Both the position numbers and the translations under genes were made by a program. A stretch of 19,021 nt of DNA from a candidate division WOR-3 bacterium (GTDB lineage: Bacteria > Hydrothermota > Tepidihabitantia > Tepidihabitantales > Tepidihabitantaceae), in NCBI GenBank assembly GCA_965649205.1, contig CBFGJV010000031.1:1-19021 (forward strand), read 5' to 3'. Below are positions 1 to 7,076 of the stretch, piece after piece; positions within the stretch are counted from its first letter, which is position 1; every line of letters begins with the position of its first letter. The notes below the pieces were generated by a model. That model worked only from the letters and a program-made list of their open reading frames with translations. It did not search any database and had not been told where the DNA came from.

Positions 1-1
1 T

Positions 2-811
2 TCGCTCAGCGGCATCCCCCAGAAAAACGGCAATCCCATTCCTGGCCAATTTCCGTACAAAACCTCCCACAATCCCGCGGTCACTTCCTATACTTATGTT
101 ATACCCCTCAACAACTGGACACCGGGCCAGGAACTTTATATAGCTGCTCACGCCTCAGCACAACTGCTTGACGAAGAAGGCAATATCATCCGGAGTGAAA
201 CTGGCTGGGGCTTTGGACCCGGTTTTCCCGGCAAAAATTGGGCTACTTACTTGAAGTATACGATTCAGGCCTGCGACCCGGGTGGTGGCGGTAATCTGGC
301 TGGCCAGTTCCGTACCCAGACCCAAGGCGGCTGGGGAGCAGTACCGAAAGGTAATAACCCTGGTGCCTATCTGCATGCAAACTTTGCTGGAGCCTTTCCC
401 TCCGGCCTGGTAGTGGGCGGTGGATATACCCTTACTCTTACCAGCGCTCAGGCAGTTACGAACTATCTTCCTGATGGTGGCACTCCGGCAAAGCTTACGC
501 AGAACTGGGTTGACCCGGGTAACCAGGCTATAACTGTGCTTGCCGGCCAGGTTGTAGCTCTGTCGCTTTCTGTGGGCTTTGATTTGTACGACCCCAACTT
601 CAGCCCCTCCAACGTAAACTTAAAAGACCTACTGGTGGCAGATCCGAACAGTCCGTACTACGGCTGGAGTGTGCAGCAGGTGCTGGACGAAGCCAACCTT
701 ATACTTGGTGGTGGTCCGGGCAACCCCTCGCAGATAAACCAGGCAGTATCGGCCATCAACCAGAACTTTGTTGACGGTACTATTGATAACGGCTTCCTGC
801 AACTGCCTTAA
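2..811 (+). CDS. Uncharacterised, probably secreted/surface two-domain protein; 5' end lies outside the window
   Basis: The frame of track ORF 251..811 is open back to base 2 (SLSGIPQKNGNPIPGQFPYKTSH...LYIAAHA...ETGWGFGPGFPGKNWATYLKYTIQAC), so the TTG at 251 is not the start. Rich in G/N/P/T/W, with a DPGGGG linker and a second module starting FRTQTQGGWG. Secretion is inferred from composition only. Confidence 0.7.
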   Translation, partial: SLSGIPQKNGNPIPGQFPYKTSHNPAVTSYTYVIPLNNWTPGQELYIAAHASAQLLDEEGNIIRSETGWGFGPGFPGKNWATYLKYTIQACDPGGGGNLAGQFRTQTQGGWGAVPKGNNPGAYLHANFAGAFPSGLVVGGGYTLTLTSAQAVTNYLPDGGTPAKLTQNWVDPGNQAITVLAGQVVALSLSVGFDLYDPNFSPSNVNLKDLLVADPNSPYYGWSVQQVLDEANLILGGGPGNPSQINQAVSAINQNFVDGTIDNGFLQLP

Positions 812-824
812 TACCGGCTCGGTC

Positions 825-861
825 AGAGAAGGGGCAGGGTTTTACCTGCCCCTTTCTCTTT
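825..861 (+). terminator. Intrinsic terminator
   Basis: AAGGGGCAGG (829-838) / CCTGCCCCTT (845-854) is a perfect 10-bp stem with a 6-nt loop, followed by TCTCTTT, just after the stop at 811. Confidence 0.8.
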
Positions 862-918
862 CCTGCGGAACTTTTATCCCTCTATCTGTGCTAATGATGC
901 GACCAGGCGCAGAAACGG

Positions 919-946
919 TGGACATCTCCAGCAGCCGGGCTATAAT
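919..946 (+). promoter_or_regulatory. Sigma70-type promoter of the flx operon
   Basis: TGGACA (919-924) - 16 bp - TATAAT (941-946), 19 nt before ATG 966. Confidence 0.7.
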
Positions 947-965
947 GTGTTTCTTAGATACTCTT

Positions 966-1439
966 ATGTCTGAAGGACAACCTCCGAATCCGGACTTCCA
1001 GCCGAGGATAGTAGCTTTTCTGTGTAACTGGTGTTCCTACGCCGGAGCAGACTTGGCCGGCATTTCCCGCATCCAGTATCCTCCATCTATTCGCGTCATC
1101 CGAGTGCCCTGCTCCGGCCGGGTGGACCCTTTCTTCATCCTCAAAGCATTGCAGTCTGGTGCCGACGGCGTTCTGGTATCCGGTTGCCATCCTGGCGACT
1201 GCCACTACCTTACGGGCAACTATGTCGCCCGGCGACGATTCGCCGTTCTGCATGACCTTTTGGACTTCTTTGGCATTGAACCAGGCCGGGTAATGTTTTC
1301 CTGGGTATCGGCTGCAGAAGGCGAACGTTTCGCCGCGGTCGTGCGAGATGTAACCGAGCAAGTGCGCCGACTGGGACCTTCCAACCGCCTGGCCATGGCC
1401 CGAACATCTCTTCAGGACATCAGACAGAGTGCAGAATGA
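966..1439 (+). CDS. flxD: MvhD/FlxD-family [2Fe-2S] protein (hydrogenase iron-sulfur delta subunit family)
   Basis: FLCNWCSYAGADLAG, RVPCSGRVDP, GADGVLVSGCHPGDCHY and WVSAAEG motifs. Start moved from 768 to ATG 966 because the extension crosses the terminator and promoter. Confidence 0.9.
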   Translation: MSEGQPPNPDFQPRIVAFLCNWCSYAGADLAGISRIQYPPSIRVIRVPCSGRVDPFFILKALQSGADGVLVSGCHPGDCHYLTGNYVARRRFAVLHDLLDFFGIEPGRVMFSWVSAAEGERFAAVVRDVTEQVRRLGPSNRLAMARTSLQDIRQSAE

Positions 1440-2293
1440 ACCAGCCTAACGACCGGCAGAACCTGCTCCGAAATAGGGTCAGAACACTGCTGGAAAACAA
1501 GGAAGTGGTGGCGGCTCTCGGTTATCGTGCCGGTACTCTGCCCGGCACAGCCGTACCCTGGCTCGCACGCAAACCGGAGCATGCCGACAAGCTGGTCTGG
1601 AACGAAAACTGCCTTGCCAACCTCGCTGTTTATCTTCCTCGACTGAAAAAACTCGGCAGATTGGCGATCGTGGCTTCCGGCCCTACATCCCGCTCTCTGG
1701 TAAATCTCCTCAAAGAAAATCAGATCAGACGCGAGAACCTGTACATAATCGGCATCGCCGGGTTAGTTCCTTCTGCTCCCACCTCAACCGCAGAACCAAA
1801 AACCCTGTTCGGCACACCCAACCCGGTTATCTACGACGAGATGATAGGCGAAAAGGCGCCTGAGCCCGAACAACCGGACGACTATGCCGACATTGTGGCT
1901 TTCGAGAAGCTGCCCAGCGAAGAACGTTGGCGTATTCTGCGGGAAGAACTCAGCCGTTGCATCCGCTGCTATGCCTGCCGCCAGGTCTGTCCCAACTGTT
2001 ACTGTCCCAACTGCTTTGTGGACGTAAGTCAACCACAATGGGTAGGCCGCACCCCGGACGATTCCGACACCGTGATATTCCACATTATGCGCGCCATGCA
2101 TATGGCCGGTCGCTGCGTAGAATGCGGTGCGTGTGCCCGGGCCTGCCCAATGGGCATCAACCTTATGCGTCTCAATCGGAAGGTAGCTTTAATCGTAAAA
2201 AGTAGATTCGGCCATGTCTCAGGGATGAAACTGGATGAGCCATTGCCCTTGGCCAGCTTTCGTACAGACGACGGGCAGGAGTTTATCAAATGA
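1436..2293 (+). CDS. flxC: FlxC-like 4Fe-4S dicluster protein with FrhB-like N-terminal region
   Basis: CIRCYACRQVCPNCYCPNCF and HMAGRCVECGACARACP motifs; ATGA overlap with flxD; operon context. Confidence 0.75.
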   Translation: MNQPNDRQNLLRNRVRTLLENKEVVAALGYRAGTLPGTAVPWLARKPEHADKLVWNENCLANLAVYLPRLKKLGRLAIVASGPTSRSLVNLLKENQIRRENLYIIGIAGLVPSAPTSTAEPKTLFGTPNPVIYDEMIGEKAPEPEQPDDYADIVAFEKLPSEERWRILREELSRCIRCYACRQVCPNCYCPNCFVDVSQPQWVGRTPDDSDTVIFHIMRAMHMAGRCVECGACARACPMGINLMRLNRKVALIVKSRFGHVSGMKLDEPLPLASFRTDDGQEFIK

Positions 2294-3339
2294 AGCCACG
2301 CCTCATCTCCTGCAAGGACTTTCCCAATTTTCTCTCCGCCCTAGCAAAGGAAAAAGAGTTATGGGCACCGGTGAAACTCAAAGATACCTCCGGTTCCCGC
2401 TTCGCTCGCATCAGGGACGCCCAGGAAATCTGCTTTGACTTCCTGAATACTAAACTTCCGCTCAAGGAACTGTTCTTTCCCCAGCGCGAAGCACTGTTCA
2501 GTTTTCCTGCTGACGATCCTTGTCGTATTCAACCCTCGCTGCAAATTCCTGACCGCATAGTCCTGGGAGTGCGTCCCTGCGATACGGCTGCACTGTTGCT
2601 GCTTGACCGTGTTTTTCTGGACCACCGCTTTCTGGACCCGTATTATCAGGAACGGCGCCGGAAAACTATCCTCATCGGCCTGGCCTGCAACGAACCCGGC
2701 CCGGCCTGCTTCTGCACTGCGCTGCTGGGCGACCCCCATGGCACCAAGGGACTAGACATACTGCTGGTTGACTTGGGAGAGAAATATCTGGCGCAACCTC
2801 TGACCCCCGCGGGCGAGGAACTCGCCGCGCAACTGCCCGAAGCAAAAGCTGCCGACCTGACTCGGGCGGAAAAGCTGAAACAGACTGCGGTGCAGGCAAT
2901 GAAATTCGCCCTGGATTTGGCGGAACTGAAGACCAGACTGGAGCAGAGCTTTGACCACGAAATATGGGAAGAACTGGCTCTACCCTGCGTCAACTGTGGA
3001 GTGTGCACTTATGTCTGTCCCACCTGCCACTGCTTCGATGTAACCGACGAAAAATTCAAAGGCCCAGGCGCGCGGCTGCGCACCTGGGACTCTTGCCAAT
3101 TTTCCCTTTTCACCCGACATGCCTCCGGTCATAATCCCCGGCCTGCCGGCAAAGACCGTCTGCGCCAGAGAACTCTGCATAAATTCCGTTATTTCCCTCA
3201 GACACACTCAGACGAGAGCTGCTCTGCGCTTCTGATGCTCTGCGTGGGATGCGGCCGGTGTATTTTGGAATGTCCGGCCGGCATTGACTTGAAAGAAACG
3301 CTTATCACCCTGACTGAGCGACTGGAGCCTGGACGATGA
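2290..3339 (+). CDS. flxB: FlxB / AsrA-like 4Fe-4S protein
   Basis: GVRPCD, DPYY..RR, CFC, CVNCGVCTYVCPTCHCFD, WDSC, HASGHNPR, HKF and CVGCGRCILECP motifs; ATGA overlap. Confidence 0.8.
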   Translation: MKPRLISCKDFPNFLSALAKEKELWAPVKLKDTSGSRFARIRDAQEICFDFLNTKLPLKELFFPQREALFSFPADDPCRIQPSLQIPDRIVLGVRPCDTAALLLLDRVFLDHRFLDPYYQERRRKTILIGLACNEPGPACFCTALLGDPHGTKGLDILLVDLGEKYLAQPLTPAGEELAAQLPEAKAADLTRAEKLKQTAVQAMKFALDLAELKTRLEQSFDHEIWEELALPCVNCGVCTYVCPTCHCFDVTDEKFKGPGARLRTWDSCQFSLFTRHASGHNPRPAGKDRLRQRTLHKFRYFPQTHSDESCSALLMLCVGCGRCILECPAGIDLKETLITLTERLEPGR

Positions 3340-4184
3340 AACATTCTGCCCCGTCCAATCCCTACCTGCCGGTGCCGGTGCGAATTGAAAAAGTTACTAT
3401 TGAGAACGAGGCGCGCGACCTCAAGACCTTTGCGCTATCCTTTCTGGACCCAACACAACGGTTTGACTTTTCCTGCGGCCAGTTTGCCTTTCTTTCCCTT
3501 GTCGGCGTAGGCGAAGCTCCCTTTGGCATTGCCTCTGCTCCACACGAAGAACGCCTCTTGTTCACGGTCAAGCGGATTGGCGTCTTTACCACTGCACTGC
3601 ACGAACTGGACACCGGCGCCATCATCGGTCTGCGCGGCCCCTATGGTAACTGTTACCCCCTGGAACAGGCAAAAGGCAAAGACATCGTCATCATTTCGGG
3701 TGGCTTTTCCTTCACCACCCTGCGCTCCACTCTGGTGCATCTACTCCAACCCTCAATCCGCGCCCAGTACGGTCGCATCACCTGCATCTACGGAGCCCGC
3801 TCTCCTGGCGAGCTCCTGTACAAAGAAGACCTTAAAAAATGGGAAGTCAGCCCGGATGTAAATATGATAGTATGCGTGGACCGACTGGGTGGTGCGGACT
3901 GGCCGCGGACCGAAGGACTAGTGCCCAACGTGCTGAAAGAAGTGGCCCCCTCGGCCACCAATGCGATTGCCTTAGTATGCGGCCCACCCATAATGATAAA
4001 ATTCACCCATCCGGTATTGGAGAAACTGGGATTTTCGCCTGACAGCGTGTTCCTCTCTCTGGAAAACCGGATGAAATGCGGCATTGGCAAATGCGGCCAC
4101 TGCAACATCGGAGAAAAATACGTCTGCCTAGATGGCCCGGTATTCTCCTATGCCGAAGTGCTGCGCCTGCCCGCAGACTACTAA
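3336..4184 (+). CDS. flxA: FlxA / AsrB / PyrK-like FAD- and NAD(P)-binding oxidoreductase with [2Fe-2S] cluster
   Basis: GQF, GEAPFGIAS, RGPYGN, GGFSFTTLRS, YGARSP, VCGPPIM and MKCGIGKCGHC...VCLDGPVF motifs; ATGA overlap. Confidence 0.85.
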   Translation: MKHSAPSNPYLPVPVRIEKVTIENEARDLKTFALSFLDPTQRFDFSCGQFAFLSLVGVGEAPFGIASAPHEERLLFTVKRIGVFTTALHELDTGAIIGLRGPYGNCYPLEQAKGKDIVIISGGFSFTTLRSTLVHLLQPSIRAQYGRITCIYGARSPGELLYKEDLKKWEVSPDVNMIVCVDRLGGADWPRTEGLVPNVLKEVAPSATNAIALVCGPPIMIKFTHPVLEKLGFSPDSVFLSLENRMKCGIGKCGHCNIGEKYVCLDGPVFSYAEVLRLPADY

Positions 4185-4202
4185 CCAGCCGGGCAGGTTG
4201 TA

Positions 4203-4230
4203 TTGACACTCTGGCAGCTCGTCCTATAAT
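4203..4230 (+). promoter_or_regulatory. Consensus sigma70 promoter of pilT
   Basis: TTGACA (4203-4208) - 16 bp - TATAAT (4225-4230); GTG start follows after 9 nt with no Shine-Dalgarno. Confidence 0.85.
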
Positions 4231-4239
4231 TCCCTAGCT

Positions 4240-5352
4240 GTGACAGACGAAGAATTCTTCGACTCTTTACTTGCCGAGTGCATTAAGCGAAACGCCTCCG
4301 ACTTGCACCTTACTGTAGGGCGCCCCCCTACGCTTCGTCTGGACGGATACCTGCGTCCCATAGAAGGATGTCCGGTACTCACCCCGGAGATGACCAGCAG
4401 CTTCAAGGACATCGCCACCAAAGATGTAAAACACCTGCGCGCCCAGATTGACAACGGCGGCGGCGGTGACTTTGCCCTCACCTACAAGAACATGGCTCGC
4501 TTCCGGGTGGCGGTTTACAAGCAGAAAGGATACTTCGGTCTGGCCCTGCGTTTGATTCCCCGACGCATCCTGTCCTTTGAAGAACTCTTCGTATCTTCTC
4601 ATCTCATACCTCGCATCAAGAATCTTCTGGACCGGCCGCATGGGCTGATTCTGGTAACTGGCCCCACCGGTATGGGCAAGACCACCACACAGGCCACCTT
4701 CGTTGACTACATCCTGGAAAGCCCGCGGCACGTGCTCACCATTGAAGACCCGGTCGAGTTTGTCCACGACCACAAGAACGGACTCGTGACCCAGCGCGAA
4801 GTAGGCGTGGACGTTTCCAGCTTCCGCGAAGCCATAATGAAGGGGCTCCGTTCCAATCCGAACGTAATCCTCGTGGCAGAGATCCGTGACCTGGCCACAG
4901 CCGAAGCCACCATCTGGGCCGCAGAATCTGGTCACTTGGTCATAGGCACTTTGCACACCACCACAGCCGCAGAAACAGTTACGCGCTTCATAGACATCTT
5001 CCCGCCTGAAATAAGAGACCAGATCAGAATCCAGTTTTCCATTTCGATTCTGGCCATATTCTGTCAAAGACTGGTACTCAAGGCCGGCGGCAAAGGCCGG
5101 GTAGGCTGCTACGAAATAATGGTGGCTACGCCGGCGGTACGCAACCTCATAAGAGAAAGAAAAATAGAACACCTACCCTCAGCCATCCAAACCGGCAGTG
5201 CCGAAGGCAGCATATCGTTTGACGCCTATCTGGCCGAGTTATACCGGGCTGGCAAGGTCACCTACGAAACTGCCATCGCTTCTGCCTTCGACCCAAAGGG
5301 ATTCCGCGAGCTCATCGAATTCGGGGCCAAAAGCGGAAAATTGGGAAAATAA
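4240..5352 (+). CDS. pilT: Type IV pilus retraction ATPase, PilT family
   Basis: ASDLHL, RFRV, Walker A GPTGMGKTTT, Asp box TIEDPVEF, QREVG, His box GHLVIGTLHT and C-terminal AVRNLIRE (PilT AIRNLIRE signature). Confidence 0.9.
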   Translation: MTDEEFFDSLLAECIKRNASDLHLTVGRPPTLRLDGYLRPIEGCPVLTPEMTSSFKDIATKDVKHLRAQIDNGGGGDFALTYKNMARFRVAVYKQKGYFGLALRLIPRRILSFEELFVSSHLIPRIKNLLDRPHGLILVTGPTGMGKTTTQATFVDYILESPRHVLTIEDPVEFVHDHKNGLVTQREVGVDVSSFREAIMKGLRSNPNVILVAEIRDLATAEATIWAAESGHLVIGTLHTTTAAETVTRFIDIFPPEIRDQIRIQFSISILAIFCQRLVLKAGGKGRVGCYEIMVATPAVRNLIRERKIEHLPSAIQTGSAEGSISFDAYLAELYRAGKVTYETAIASAFDPKGFRELIEFGAKSGKLGK

Positions 5353-5372
5353 AACTGGCCCGGAACCGCCAG
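5346..5372 (-). terminator. Possible weak terminator of the valS operon
   Basis: On the - strand CTGGC-8 nt-GCCAG followed by TTTTATTTT, in the gap between convergent genes; the stem is only 5 bp. Confidence 0.4.
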
Positions 5373-5373
5373 C

Positions 5374-6000
5374 CTATACCAGGGCGTAGCGGTACCGGGA
5401 AAATACCACCAGCCCTTTCTCCGGCAATTCTTCCCACTGCAGCTTGCGCACCGTCTCCAGCTTCAGCGGACTTATCACCCGGAACAAAGGCGCGCGGCCC
5501 AGCCACAACCTGCCCTCGGGCAGATTGTCCCCGGTACTCACTACCAGAACTTCCTCACTCATCAAGAAAAACCGCAGACTCTCGCTACCGGCTGGCCGAT
5601 GTTGCTCCACCGAACCCAGCGGATCGTCTGCGCTGAAATGCCTCGCCAGATATGCAAACAGTTTTTCCTCCCGGCACAGCGGGGCAAAACCCAGCTGCTC
5701 TTCCGGCACATCCGGAACGTGCCCTTCACAGGCAAAAGCCCAGTCCTTGTCCTGCTCCCGCCGCAGCCAGGGTTGAACCGACTTATCCCGGTTTATACAA
5801 AGAAAAGCCATATCTGTCTTGACGCCACCTAAAGACGAAAAATCCGTCTTCTGAGAATCAGCCTGTCCGCGCAGAACCTCCACCCGGTTACCGTAACAGT
5901 AAGCCGTTCCCCAGCTCGCAAAAGCGCCCTGTCGGCTCAGCTCCCCTCCTATTTCTACCAAAAGCGCAGGACGAAACCTGCCGGCTAAGGCGACTACCAC
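5374..6000 (-). CDS. Degenerate class II glutamine amidotransferase-like (Ntn-fold, YafJ/EgtC-like) protein lacking catalytic residues
   Basis: Collinear echoes of family motifs: SWGTAY (DGWGIAY), VQPW...WAFACEG (HPF...WxFAHNG), EEKLFAYL (DSExxF), LRFFLMSE (lNfllsDG), WEELPEKGLVV. The GTG start overlaps the upstream stop. Family call is by eye. Confidence 0.55.
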   Translation of the reverse strand: MVVALAGRFRPALLVEIGGELSRQGAFASWGTAYCYGNRVEVLRGQADSQKTDFSSLGGVKTDMAFLCINRDKSVQPWLRREQDKDWAFACEGHVPDVPEEQLGFAPLCREEKLFAYLARHFSADDPLGSVEQHRPAGSESLRFFLMSEEVLVVSTGDNLPEGRLWLGRAPLFRVISPLKLETVRKLQWEELPEKGLVVFSRYRYALV

Positions 6001-6494
6001 GCTACTGCCACACCTGCCTGTCCCGGTCTCAAGGTAAACTGCATCTGCCGATCAAACCCGTACATCTGCGCCGACACATAAGCATCGGCCATGGAAAAAG
6101 CCAGCACCGCACCTGTCCACCACAGAAAAACATTCCGTCTGTTCCGCAGCACAAGGTATCCTTCCTCGTCCCCCGCCCGTAACTTGCTCATAGCCTGCAG
6201 ATGGTCTCTCACCGACAAGACGCCCAAGGTTATTTCGGCTGGAGCTATGATGCATGCCTTCCACCAGCGGCCGGCATAAACCTGTCCGGCTCCCGGCACC
6301 AGAAAAGACAGAAGCACTGCAGTACCCGGCGACTTCTCTGCCCCTGCGGCCGGTTTCATTTGCGCTCTCGGTGCCGAACTCGCCCGCACGCTGTCCGACT
6401 CCAACGCTGTTTCTTGGGCAGACGCAAATCCGCCCAGCCACACTCCAAAAACCGCCAGTACCAGCCAGCCGGCTCTTACCAGCCTCTTTTCCAC
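5994..6494 (-). CDS. Membrane/exported protein, DUF5683 / TM2-like
   Basis: Signal-peptide-like N-terminus (MEKRLVR...FASA-Q), KSPGTAVLLSFLVPGAGQVYAGRWWKA and SMADAYVSAQM motifs. Confidence 0.7.
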   Translation of the reverse strand: MEKRLVRAGWLVLAVFGVWLGGFASAQETALESDSVRASSAPRAQMKPAAGAEKSPGTAVLLSFLVPGAGQVYAGRWWKACIIAPAEITLGVLSVRDHLQAMSKLRAGDEEGYLVLRNRRNVFLWWTGAVLAFSMADAYVSAQMYGFDRQMQFTLRPGQAGVAVAW

Positions 6495-6515
6495 CTCTAA
6501 CTCTCCGCCACGGAC

Positions 6516-7076
6516 TTACCGATGCACCACTATTTCCACCCGCCGGTTACGTTGCCGCCCGACTGCGGTGCGGTTATCGTCCCGCGGCCGGGTAGAACCA
6601 CTGCTTCTCACCACCAGCCGCTCTGGCGCCACCCCCCAGCTGGCCAGCACTTTCACTACTGCGGCAGCCCGGGCCGCTCCGTACTCCCAGTTGGAAGGGT
6701 ACTTATCTCTCAATGCTTCCGGTACCGGCCCGTTGTCGGTATGGCCGGTGACCTCTATCATTCCTTTCGTTTCCTGCAACTTGGGCACGCACTCCCGCAG
6801 AGCCGCCTCTCCGGTACGCGAAAAAGCAAAAGTTTCCTCCCCGGCAAACAGCTCGTCATAGGTAAAAACCGCCATATACGGAAATTCCGGCTGGCTTTCC
6901 AGCTCCTTCACCCGCTCTGAGAGCCTCTCCACCTCCGACATCCACATCCTTATCTCCTGCTGCTGCTGCAGAAACCTCTGCCGCTCCGGAAAATACGCCA
7001 GGTTGTAAAAAAGCAGCCCGGCGCCCAACCCCAAGAGCAACAACACCCAACCCAGCCAGCTGAAAAAGCCCTTCAC
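6516..7076 (-). CDS. Membrane-anchored OmpA/MotB-family peptidoglycan-binding protein
   Basis: N-terminal hydrophobic helix, coiled coil, then IEVTGHTDN, YPSNWEYGAARA and NRRVEI; GTGA overlap with the valS stop. Confidence 0.85.
   Translation of the reverse strand: MKGFFSWLGWVLLLLGLGAGLLFYNLAYFPERQRFLQQQQEIRMWMSEVERLSERVKELESQPEFPYMAVFTYDELFAGEETFAFSRTGEAALRECVPKLQETKGMIEVTGHTDNGPVPEALRDKYPSNWEYGAARAAAVVKVLASWGVAPERLVVRSSGSTRPRDDNRTAVGRQRNRRVEIVVHR

Noticed and set aside
768..965. N-terminal extension of the flxD ORF
   Set aside because: It overlaps the upstream gene, terminator and promoter; family similarity starts after ATG 966.
966..1439. Selenocysteine recoding in the MvhD-like protein
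   Set aside because: All ligand positions are Cys and there is no in-frame TGA before the stop.
2290..4184. Anaerobic sulfite reductase (asrAB) or sulfhydrogenase annotation
   Set aside because: There is no asrC or NiFe hydrogenase subunit; the gene order with mvhD and the GGFxFTTLRS motif fit Flx better.
4267..5172. 301-aa - strand ORF
   Set aside because: Antisense shadow of pilT with no motifs.
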